Positions 55,060 through 63,203 of a stretch of 64,000 bases of DNA are shown piece after piece (position 1 is the first letter of the stretch; each line of letters opens with the position of its first letter). The notes under the pieces are model-generated. The model was not told the origin of the DNA. It did not search any database and worked only from the letters and a program-made list of their open reading frames with translations. The stretch lies in the NCBI GenBank assembly GCA_963667175.2, contig CAXXXF010000018.1, positions 160,001 through 224,000 on the forward strand, written 5' to 3'. The position numbers and the translations under genes are program-made. Origin of the DNA: Candidatus Latescibacterota bacterium. GTDB taxonomy: Bacteria; Latescibacterota; UBA2968; GCA-2709665.

Positions 55060-55839
55060 CTACTCCTCCGCTTCGATCAACGCGCGGATTCGGTCGACGA
55101 TAGCGGTGACGGTCGCGGTCACGTCCTCGAGCAGTTCGGTGCGGTCGTGCAGGAGGACTGCCGCGCCAGCATAGCGATATCTCACCGCATACGCCGTCAG
55201 CCACGCCAGCCGCTCGCCGGCGTCGGTGTTGTTTTCGGCGGGATGCCGACGCACGGTCGCGGCCAGGTCCGCCAGATCGTGTGTATTGCCGTAATCCGCG
55301 TCGAGCGCGGAAATCCAGCCCTTCAGCGCGTTTTCGAATGCCTGTTGCGCGTGAAAGCCGATGGCTTCCTGCGCGGAATTCGCCTCTACCAGATCCTTCA
55401 GAACGCCGAGTTCCCGCTCGGTATTGGCAATGCGCTGCTTTACGTCGGGCCAGTTGCTCGGCTGCGTATTGTCGTAGTTTACTTTGTCACCATTGGTATC
55501 GAAACCGTCGCGGACGGCCTGCCCGGCCACATGGTTGCGTGCGCGACGACCGTAATGGAAATCTCCGTCGGTCATCCGGACGAGATCGACGCCGATAGTA
55601 CCGCCGTACAGCTTTTCGGCCTTGCCGTGAGCGATCGAACTGGCGCGCTGGTACGCGCCATTGTCCCGGGGATCGGAGTCGGTAATGACGAGCAGGTCGA
55701 CGTCCGAATCCGCGCCGAAGTCGCCGCGGGCCCGCGAACCGAACAGGATGACCCGGTCCGGATGGACCGCGTCGCCAACGGCGCGGGCCACTTCGCATGC
55801 TCTCGGGTCGGGTGACAGGCGGTCTGGTGTCACCGGCAT
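55060..55839 (-). CDS. MNT (minimal nucleotidyltransferase)-HEPN fusion protein, intact copy
   Basis: VILFGSRARGDFGADSDVDLLVI; HEPN GFHAQQAFENALKG, THDLADL, YAVRYRY; ATG 55839. Confidence 0.88.
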   Translation of the reverse strand: MPVTPDRLSPDPRACEVARAVGDAVHPDRVILFGSRARGDFGADSDVDLLVITDSDPRDNGAYQRASSIAHGKAEKLYGGTIGVDLVRMTDGDFHYGRRARNHVAGQAVRDGFDTNGDKVNYDNTQPSNWPDVKQRIANTERELGVLKDLVEANSAQEAIGFHAQQAFENALKGWISALDADYGNTHDLADLAATVRRHPAENNTDAGERLAWLTAYAVRYRYAGAAVLLHDRTELLEDVTATVTAIVDRIRALIEAEE

Positions 55840-55873
55840 GGTTGATTCACCTCTGCGGGGTACGGACGTCGCG

Positions 55874-55901
55874 GTAGGGGCGACCGGCCGGTCGCCCCTA
55901 C
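55874..55901. repeat. GTAG-type REP palindrome
   Basis: Perfect 28-bp palindrome GTAGGGGCGACCGGCCGGTCGCCCCTAC. Confidence 0.8.
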
Positions 55902-55995
55902 AACAAGATTCTGGCATCCGGGAGGAGAGGCCTGCGCCACTTCCGATCCTGCCGCTTCTTGGCGCTAACGTTAATGGATTGTGTTCTTGACTCAA

Positions 55996-56065
55996 GCTGA
56001 CTGCTGATCGCTGACTGCTAATAGCTGTTCTTTCCCTTTGTGTCTTTGTGTCTCCGTGTGAGTTG
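55996..56065 (+). repeat. 70-bp dispersed repeat, copy 2
   Basis: 60/70 ungapped match to 7379-7448. Confidence 0.85.
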
Positions 56066-56133
56066 GTTTTCGCTTCTATCCTGCTAATCCTGTGCACCCA
56101 TGTTGGTACCGGACTATGATTTAATGAAGACGA

Positions 56134-56370
56134 TCAGACACGTTTTGCGACTTCGGGCCGGATCTCTTCGTACTCCGGAAAGCGGCCTTCCTTGAGCTTG
56201 GAAAAGGCGAGTTTACCGTCGATGGTGATTTCGAACTTTCCACCGCCGGAAGGAATGAGCGTGACGCCTTCGACGTCCTGCTTGAACTCTCTGAGGAGTC
56301 TGTCCGTCAAACTGACGGTCTCGTCTTCGTAGCCTCAAGCCGCGCAGTATTCGATGTCGATTCTTGGCAT
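56134..56370 (-). CDS. SelT/SelW/SelH (Rdx-family) selenoprotein, 78 aa, CxxU with in-frame UGA
   Basis: RBS AAGGAGG; MPRIDIEYCAA-U(TGA 56335-56337)-GYEDETVSLTDRLLREFKQDVEGVTLIPSGGGKFEITIDGKLAFSKLKEGRFPEYEEIRPEVAKRV*. Confidence 0.92.
56304..56318 (-). promoter_or_regulatory. Candidate bacterial SECIS hairpin
   Basis: CCGUCA-GUU-UGACGG stem starting 16 nt after the UGA, with G as the first loop base. Confidence 0.65.
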
Positions 56371-56443
56371 CTGGCGCCTCCTTGACGTGTGCGGATGAAA
56401 TCCGATTTCGGGTTGGATATCGAGTGAATCGCAGGGCTGATTT

Positions 56444-56472
56444 AATATATCTCGTTCCGCCGGGATTGTCAA
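56444..56472 (-). promoter_or_regulatory. sigma70 promoter of the selenoprotein gene
   Basis: Minus strand TTGACA-N17-TATATT. Confidence 0.75.
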
Positions 56473-56504
56473 TACGGGGGTCGCGGAAGACGTCATGATT
56501 CCGC

Positions 56505-56533
56505 TTGACCGGCGCCATTGCGAGGTATAGATT
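56505..56533 (+). promoter_or_regulatory. Putative sigma70 promoter of the M32 operon
   Basis: TTGACC-N17-TAGATT. Confidence 0.55.
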
Positions 56534-56576
56534 GCGTTGGCATTCGGGGCGGTCGTCGGCATGGAAAAAGGAGTGC

Positions 56577-58091
56577 ATGATGTCTGCACAACGGGCGTAC
56601 GAAGATCTCATCGGCAGGTGGAAGGAACTGCAGGTGCTGGAATCCTGCGCGGCCGTGCTCGGGTGGGACGAACGCACCTATATGCCCCGGGGGGGCGCCG
56701 CTCACCGCGCCGAACAGCACGCCCTTCTGGCCGGGATGGCGCACGAGCGGGCGACGGCGCCCGCGGTGGGGGATTTGCTGTCGCGGGTCGAGGCGGACGT
56801 CAACGGCTTCGAAGCGGATTCAGCGGCTGCCGTCAACGTAAGGGAAATCCGACGGGAATACGACCGGAGGACGAAGTTGCCGCGGTCCCTGGTGGTGGCG
56901 CTGGCGAAGGCGACGACGTTCGCTGAACAGGCATGGAAGGAGGCGCGTGAGGTCTCCGCGTTCGAGCCGTTTCGCCCTCACCTGGAGGAAGTCGTGCGGC
57001 TTACCCGGGACGTGGCCGAGGCGCTCAGGGATGGCGGCTCGTTGTACGACGCGCTTCTGGACCGATTTGAACCTTGCGAGACATCCGACAATCTAAAGAG
57101 GGTATTCGGGGCGCTCCGAGACGAACTGGCGCCGCTCGTCGCGGCAATCGTGGAATCGGGAACAGAACCGGACGCTTCGATCCTGACGCGGGAGTATCCC
57201 GTGGATAAGCAGGCCGCATTCGGCACCGTTGCCGCGGAGGCCATCGGTTTCGACTTCGAGCGTGGGCGACTGGATGAAACGGCGCATCCGTTCTGTTCGG
57301 GGATCGGCCCGGGAGATACCCGAATTACGACCCGCTACGACCGAAACCAGTTTGCGCAGGCCTTCTTCGGGACCCTTCACGAGACCGGCCACGGCCTGTA
57401 CGAGCAGGGTCTCGACGTCGCGCATTTCGGGACGCCGATGGGCGACGCCGTATCCCTGGGGATTCACGAGTCCCAGTCCAGGACGTGGGAGAATTTCGTA
57501 GGGCGCAGCCGGGCATTCTGGACGCATTTCTTCCCGCAGGCGCGGGACGTCTTTCCCGCGGCGCTGGATGGCGTTTCGCCGGACGCGTTCTATTTTTCGG
57601 TCAATGACGTGCGGCCGTCGTTTATTCGCGTGGAGGCCGACGAGGCGACGTACAATCTTCACATACTGCTGCGGTTCGCGCTGGAAGAGGCGCTGGTGGA
57701 GGGCGATCTTCCGGTAGCAGACGTTCCTGGCGCCTGGAACGAGCGGTTCGAGCGGGATTTCGGATTGAAGCCGCCCGACGATGGGCGCGGATGCCTTCAG
57801 GACGTGCACTGGAGCGCCGGATTGATCGGATATTTCCCCACCTATACGTTGGGCAATCTCTATGCCGCCCAGTTTTTCGAAGCCGCCCGAAGGGACCTGG
57901 GCGATCTCGAGGGGCACTTCGCCCGGGGGGAATTCGAACCGTTGCTGATGTGGCTGAGGGAGCGGATTCATCGGCACGGGAATCGCTACCGGGCGTCGGA
58001 ACTGGTGGAGAAGGTCACGGGAAACCCTCTGGATCACCGGGCGTTGATGGCGCACCTGAAGGCGAAATTCGGACAGTTATATGGGGTCTGA
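56577..58091 (+). CDS. M32-family (Taq-type) carboxypeptidase
   Basis: WDERTYMP, HPF, HETGHGLYEQG, HESQS, IRVEADE, GCLQDVHW, GYFPTYTLG. Confidence 0.95.
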   Translation: MMSAQRAYEDLIGRWKELQVLESCAAVLGWDERTYMPRGGAAHRAEQHALLAGMAHERATAPAVGDLLSRVEADVNGFEADSAAAVNVREIRREYDRRTKLPRSLVVALAKATTFAEQAWKEAREVSAFEPFRPHLEEVVRLTRDVAEALRDGGSLYDALLDRFEPCETSDNLKRVFGALRDELAPLVAAIVESGTEPDASILTREYPVDKQAAFGTVAAEAIGFDFERGRLDETAHPFCSGIGPGDTRITTRYDRNQFAQAFFGTLHETGHGLYEQGLDVAHFGTPMGDAVSLGIHESQSRTWENFVGRSRAFWTHFFPQARDVFPAALDGVSPDAFYFSVNDVRPSFIRVEADEATYNLHILLRFALEEALVEGDLPVADVPGAWNERFERDFGLKPPDDGRGCLQDVHWSAGLIGYFPTYTLGNLYAAQFFEAARRDLGDLEGHFARGEFEPLLMWLRERIHRHGNRYRASELVEKVTGNPLDHRALMAHLKAKFGQLYGV

Positions 58092-59040
58092 GCCACTGAT
58101 CAGGCGTCCGGTGATTCTGGACGCGGACCCCGGCGTGGACGACGCCCTGGCGATGATGCTGGCGCTGGGCGCCCCGGAACTGGAGGTGCTTGGCATCTGT
58201 ACCGTGTGCGGCAACGTGCCGATGGAAGTCGGAACCGGAAACGCGCTGAAGTTGCTTGCATTGGTGGATCGCGGAGACGTGCCGGTTTACGCGGGCGCCT
58301 GTCGTCCGCTGAAGAGGAAAGCCGTATACGCCACCGAGGTGCACGGCAAGGGAGGATTGGGCGACGCAGTTTTACCTCCGATCAGCCGGCCGTCATCGGG
58401 CGACGCGGTCACGTTTATCGTTGAAACCCTTTCGGCCCGGCCCGGGCATGTGACGTTGATCGCCGTCGGGCCGCTGACCAACCTGGCGCTGGCCGAATCG
58501 CGGATGCCCGGGGTGTTGAAAAAAGCCCGGGAAGTGTGCGTGATGGGCGGCGCCGTGGACGAGCCGGGTAACGTGACGCCCGCGGCGGAGTTCAACTTTT
58601 TCGCCGATCCTGACGCCGCGCGGCAGGTGGTGCGCTCCGGGGCAACCATTGCGCTTGTGCCTCTGGACGCGACCCATCGCGTGGCGCTGGAAGACGCGCA
58701 CCTGGCAGGCATGCCGGCAACGCCCGCGGGTCGCTTTGTGAGAGACGCGGTGAGACCGGCCATGGATCATGCGATGCGGGTCCAGGGCCGGCGTCGTTTC
58801 TTTCTGCACGATCCGTTGGCGGCAGGACTGGCGATCGATCCGTCGTTCTTCAGAATCGAGACGGTGCGTGCGGACGTTGAGTCAGAGGGAGATCTCACTT
58901 CAGGGCAGGTGGTGGCGGACCGGCGGTCGTTCTCCAGGGAGGAAGACCGGATGGGACTGCCGCTAAAATGCGCGCTGGACGTGGACGCCGGTCGTTTTCT
59001 GGCGTTTTTTCTGTCCCGGATCTTTCAGGCAAACGTGTAG
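58081..59040 (+). CDS. Inosine/uridine-preferring nucleoside hydrolase
   Basis: DADPGVDDA, VHGKGGLG, GPLTNLA, AEFNFFADP, LHDP. Confidence 0.93.
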   Translation: MGSEPLIRRPVILDADPGVDDALAMMLALGAPELEVLGICTVCGNVPMEVGTGNALKLLALVDRGDVPVYAGACRPLKRKAVYATEVHGKGGLGDAVLPPISRPSSGDAVTFIVETLSARPGHVTLIAVGPLTNLALAESRMPGVLKKAREVCVMGGAVDEPGNVTPAAEFNFFADPDAARQVVRSGATIALVPLDATHRVALEDAHLAGMPATPAGRFVRDAVRPAMDHAMRVQGRRRFFLHDPLAAGLAIDPSFFRIETVRADVESEGDLTSGQVVADRRSFSREEDRMGLPLKCALDVDAGRFLAFFLSRIFQANV

Positions 59041-59056
59041 AAGAGGACAATCCGGC

Positions 59057-59803
59057 TTGAAAGGGATTATCATCGGCGCGGGTCGCGGCATCCGATTGAT
59101 GCCACACACGAAAGACGCGCCGAAATGTCTTGCCGAAGTGAAAGGCAGGCGGATTCTGGATTGGGGCCTCGAGGCCCTGCGGGCGGCCGGGTTGCGCGAT
59201 ATCGTGTTCATCGGCGGCTACCGCATCGAGCGGGTGCAGGCCGAATATCCCGGCCTTACGTATTGTCACAACGCGGACTGGTCCAATAACAACGTCCTGG
59301 TGTCCCTCATGCACGCGGAATTCCATATGGACGACGGCTTCGTCTGCGCGTATTCCGATATTCTCTACAGGCCTGAGATCGTCGTGAATCTGATGGAAAG
59401 CGTGAATGAGATCACGTTGGTCTGCGACACGGCCTGGCGCGCACGCTACAGGAAGCGGATCGAGCATCCCGAGAACGATGCGGAGAAGATGGCCTCCATG
59501 GGCAATCGGGTGGTCGCCATCGGACGGAACATACCGGGCGCAATTGCTCACGGCGAGTACACGGGCATCGCCCGGTTCGGGCGAGACGGGTCCATGCAGT
59601 TGCGGGAGGCCTTTCACCGGGCGAAGACCCGATACAACGGCAGACCGTTTCAATCGGCCGCCACCTTTCAGAAAGCGTATCTGATCGACCTCTATCAGGA
59701 GATGCTGGAAGCGAAGGTCCCAATGCACCTGATGGAGACGGCGGGCGGATATCTGGAGATCGATACGAATCAGGATTTTGAGATCGCACGAAAGGAATGG
59801 TAG
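59057..59803 (+). CDS. NTP-transferase (phosphocholine/phosphonate cytidylyltransferase-like)
   Basis: TTG start; IIGAGRGIRL..TKDAPKCL, GY, YSDI, GEYTGI, EID. Confidence 0.85.
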   Translation: MKGIIIGAGRGIRLMPHTKDAPKCLAEVKGRRILDWGLEALRAAGLRDIVFIGGYRIERVQAEYPGLTYCHNADWSNNNVLVSLMHAEFHMDDGFVCAYSDILYRPEIVVNLMESVNEITLVCDTAWRARYRKRIEHPENDAEKMASMGNRVVAIGRNIPGAIAHGEYTGIARFGRDGSMQLREAFHRAKTRYNGRPFQSAATFQKAYLIDLYQEMLEAKVPMHLMETAGGYLEIDTNQDFEIARKEW

Positions 59804-59806
59804 GGT

Positions 59807-60868
59807 ATGATAAGCGAGCACGTTCCGTTTCCGGCGGGCATTGTGGGAAGCATGCCGCGTTCGCAATTTGTGCGCGACCTGCTGGACCCGGATCGTGCGC
59901 CCGAAGATCCCTCGGAGTTCTCAACGCGGATGGATGCATCGGTGGACTACGTCCTCGCGCTGCAGGAGGCCGCCGGATTGGACGTCGTTTCCGATGGGGA
60001 GTACCGCCGAAGGTCCTATATCGGCATTATCGCGGATGTGGCGGACGGGTTTGTGCGGGAGCGGAAAGAAGGAGTGTGGTGGCACACGGTCGTGGCGCCT
60101 GTGGTCGCAAAGACGACGGGTCTCGCCGCTGCGGAGGCGGAATATCTCCGGGCACGGACTCAGAAGGCGATCAAGGTGTGCCTGCCCTCACCATATCTCC
60201 TGGGCCAGCGGATGTGGCACCCGAAACGTTCGCGCGGCGCGTATCCCACCCGGGAGGCGTTCATGCGTGCGCTGGTACCCGTGCTTCGGGACGAACTGCT
60301 GCTGCTCCGGGACGCGGGCGCCGATACAGTCCAGTTCGACGATCCGCATCTCTGTCTGTTTGTGGATCCCCGCGTGCGCGGAAGGTACGCAGACCCCGAT
60401 CGGGAGATGGACCTCTGTGTGGATCTCATGAACCAGATTGTGGATGGCGTCGAGGGGATGGCCGTGGCCGTGCATCTGTGCCGGAGAAACAAGGGGCGGG
60501 CAGGTTGGGTCGGGCAGGGAGGTTACGGTCCGATTCTGCCCGCGTTGCTGCGACTGAACGTGGATCAATACGTGATGGAGTTTACCGTTCCTGTCGCGGG
60601 CGATCTGGACGTATTGAAACGGATTCCGGAAGACCGGCAGGTGGGACTGGGCTGCGTGGACTGCAGGTCTCCCCGGATCGATTCCGTTGCCGAAATTGTC
60701 CATCGCGTGGAACAGGCCCTCGAATTCCTGCGTCCCGATCAGATATTTCTGAATCCCGACTGCGGCTTTGCGCCGGGCAACGCGGCCGAGATTCCGGTTG
60801 AAGAGGCGTACGCCAAGCTCCGCAACGAGGCGAGAGCAGCCGAAATCCTGAGGGAGAAATACGGGTAG
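59807..60868 (+). CDS. Cobalamin-independent methionine synthase II (core MetE-like) family protein, second paralog
   Basis: VGSMPR, QEAAGLDVVSDGEYRR, QFDDP, Zn ligands HLCRRN, MEF, PDCGF. Confidence 0.9.
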   Translation: MISEHVPFPAGIVGSMPRSQFVRDLLDPDRAPEDPSEFSTRMDASVDYVLALQEAAGLDVVSDGEYRRRSYIGIIADVADGFVRERKEGVWWHTVVAPVVAKTTGLAAAEAEYLRARTQKAIKVCLPSPYLLGQRMWHPKRSRGAYPTREAFMRALVPVLRDELLLLRDAGADTVQFDDPHLCLFVDPRVRGRYADPDREMDLCVDLMNQIVDGVEGMAVAVHLCRRNKGRAGWVGQGGYGPILPALLRLNVDQYVMEFTVPVAGDLDVLKRIPEDRQVGLGCVDCRSPRIDSVAEIVHRVEQALEFLRPDQIFLNPDCGFAPGNAAEIPVEEAYAKLRNEARAAEILREKYG

Positions 60869-60872
60869 GAAC

Positions 60873-61832
60873 TCATGGATTCTTCCGGAGATGGAGGTAG
60901 GACTCGTACCGTTGGCGGGATACTTCCTCCATGTCGACGGCGTCTCTGACGATGCAGCCGGGCTCCCGGACGTGGGTGCAGTTCCGAAAACGACAGTGTC
61001 CGGGAAGGCCCCGGAATTCAGGAAACAGCCCATCGATTTCTTCCGGGTCGATCTCCCACAGGTGGAATTCCCTCACGCCCGGCAGGTCGCCGACCATGCC
61101 GCCGGTTTCGAGTTCCACGAGTTCCGTGTGAGTGGTCGTGTGCCGGCCTTCGCCGGTGGTTGCGCTGATTTCGCTCGTCCGCAAGCCGAGGCCAGGCTGC
61201 AGCCAGTTCAGCAGGCTGGATTTGCCGACGCCGGATGGCCCCATAAAGAGCGAAGTCCGGTCCTTCAGGAGGTCCAGGAACGCTTCTTTGCCCCTGTCGG
61301 TGACGATACTGGTGAGCACAATCGGGTATCCGATCTGTTCGTAGGTCGAAGCCGTCGCCTCGAAATCGTCGGGGCAGGGCAGGTCCAGTTTGTTGAAGCA
61401 GACGGCGGCCGGTATCTCGCACGATTCCGCGACGGCCAGCATACGGTCCAGCATGATCCAGTCCGGCGGCGGCTCCGCCACCGAGAAGACCGGGAGGAGT
61501 TGATCGATATTGGCGGCCAGAATCTGTTCTCTGCGCGAACTTCCGGACGCCCTTCGAGAGATCTTGTTCCGCCTCGGAAGGACTTCACGGATCAGACCGG
61601 TATTCCCTTCGCCGCTATCTATCCGGACGCGGTCGCCGATGGCAACGGGGTCCACGACCCGGGCGCGGCGGACGGCTTGTACCCGTTTTCGACGCGAACC
61701 GGGCGATGCCTCGGGATATTGAAGCTGTTTGCGCAGTCTGCTGGAAATGGCGCAGTCGACCACCCCGTTTCCGGTGGCGACGTGGTAATGCCTTCGGTGT
61801 TCACGGATTACGGTGCCTTCAATGGTTTCCAT
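60873..61832 (-). CDS. rsgA: Ribosome small subunit-dependent GTPase A
   Basis: NKLD, GPSGVGKSSLLN, GRHTTT, DLPG, CRFRNCTHVREPGC. Confidence 0.96.
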   Translation of the reverse strand: METIEGTVIREHRRHYHVATGNGVVDCAISSRLRKQLQYPEASPGSRRKRVQAVRRARVVDPVAIGDRVRIDSGEGNTGLIREVLPRRNKISRRASGSSRREQILAANIDQLLPVFSVAEPPPDWIMLDRMLAVAESCEIPAAVCFNKLDLPCPDDFEATASTYEQIGYPIVLTSIVTDRGKEAFLDLLKDRTSLFMGPSGVGKSSLLNWLQPGLGLRTSEISATTGEGRHTTTHTELVELETGGMVGDLPGVREFHLWEIDPEEIDGLFPEFRGLPGHCRFRNCTHVREPGCIVRDAVDMEEVSRQRYESYLHLRKNP

Positions 61833-62038
61833 AATAGGTCCGGGCAGGTGCGGATGACTCGCTCCTCCCGTGTTGTCTTTTTCTCAAGATGCTGTAAAAA
61901 TAGACGTTATGGACAAAACCGGACTTCAATGCAGCAGCCGGAGAGCGCGGAAAATTAAGCGCTGAGGAATCATTGTCAAGAAAAAAGACAACGTAAAGCC
62001 GATTCGGGAGACAGCATCGAGAGGCTACGTGAATCGGG

Positions 62039-62066
62039 TTGACTTTGTCGGGACGTTTGTTATTAT
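62039..62066 (+). promoter_or_regulatory. Putative sigma70 promoter in front of structured element copy 2
   Basis: TTGACT-N16-TATTAT with TG-extended -10. Confidence 0.55.
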
Positions 62067-62074
62067 TTTCTAAA

Positions 62075-62192
62075 GGCGGGGAGACGAAAGACGGGAGAGA
62101 TTGTTTGCCCCTTGCGGTTTCATTTCTCGCCGGAGGCATAAAGGAAGCACCCGTCGGGCAAGGACGTCTTCTCCCGTCTCCCGTCTCGCCTC
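62075..62192 (+). ncRNA. Candidate structured leader RNA or palindromic repeat, copy 2
   Basis: Homologous to 15418-15517; long imperfect hairpin GACGGGAGA...TCTCCCGTC and TTGCCC...GGGCAA. Confidence 0.45.
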
Positions 62193-62270
62193 TTACCGAT
62201 CTCGTTCTCCGTTTCGCAATCCGCTTTTGTCATTCCAGTCGCAAGGGTCCGCATTTTTCAGGAACTTTCC

Positions 62271-63017
62271 ATGGAACAGGATTTAACCCCGATTTTCAAA
62301 CGCTGGATATTCGATCCCCGGAAGACCTGCGCCAGACGAATCGTAGGAATCGACGGACGGGAGAAGCTGCAGGTCCGGTTTGAACTTGGCCTTCTTCAGA
62401 TGGAAATGACCGGTAGGCCCGACGGTACAGCCCCGAGAGGGTATGAGTCTGCCCTCGACGAGTACCTGGATTGCCTGGAGGCCCACCGAAGGCACCACGG
62501 TTCAGACGAAGGGTTCCGCCTGGATGAACGGGCGTGCAACGTGTTGTGGTCGGAAGGCGTACAGTATTATCAGCGGTACGTCTGTCTGATGCACCTGAGC
62601 GATTTCGAAGGGGTCCTGAGAGACACCACGCATAATCTGGCGTTGCTGGATCTGGTCCGGACCTATGCCGCCAATGAAGAGATCAAGTGTGAATTCGAAC
62701 GGTCCCGCACGTGTGTGCTCATGGCGCACGCCAGGTCCAAGGGTGAAATCTGCCTGCAAAATGGAGATTCCGAAGGTGCGCTCGAGGTGGTACGTGAGGG
62801 AATCGAGGAGATTCGGTCTGTCGCCAACGGGTCCGGAGAACCGGAGCAACCGGAATCCGGCGACGCGCTTCGCTCGCTGGAAGCGTGGGCGGAAGAGATT
62901 CGGCGGCGATATCCCGTTGTCAGGGAAGACCTTATTGAGCAGATTCAGACGGCGGTTTCGGAGGAACGTTACGTACAGGCCGCGGGTTTTGGAACCCGAC
63001 TGCACAGACTGAACTGA
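62271..63017 (+). CDS. Conserved helical protein with a degenerate C-terminal UvrB/UvrC (UVR) motif
   Basis: DGREKLQVRFELGLLQMEMTGRPDG, YYQRY, RDTTHN; C-term IQTAVSEERYVQAA. Confidence 0.7.
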   Translation: MEQDLTPIFKRWIFDPRKTCARRIVGIDGREKLQVRFELGLLQMEMTGRPDGTAPRGYESALDEYLDCLEAHRRHHGSDEGFRLDERACNVLWSEGVQYYQRYVCLMHLSDFEGVLRDTTHNLALLDLVRTYAANEEIKCEFERSRTCVLMAHARSKGEICLQNGDSEGALEVVREGIEEIRSVANGSGEPEQPESGDALRSLEAWAEEIRRRYPVVREDLIEQIQTAVSEERYVQAAGFGTRLHRLN

Positions 63018-63203
63018 ATTCCGCCGTCGGCGGTTGAACAGGTTGTCCGCGCGGGCCTATGGGCGCCGGTTGGGCAATGCACAGTTTATTCCGATTCTGA
63101 ACAGCGATGCGTTTTCAGATCGGGATTTTTTGTGTGTGGCGCAGGGACGGGACATAGCAGCCCGGATAGACTTTTCCAACGGGCTGATTGGACGGAGAAC
63201 CGG

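Noticed and set aside
46826-55901. Integron cassette array
   Set aside because: No intI and no convincing attC sites; the repeated unit is coding sequence
55840-56097. 86-aa N-terminal extension of MNT-HEPN given by the ORF track
   Set aside because: It translates the REP palindrome and the 70-bp repeat; the paralog at 53515 starts at a position equivalent to ATG 55839
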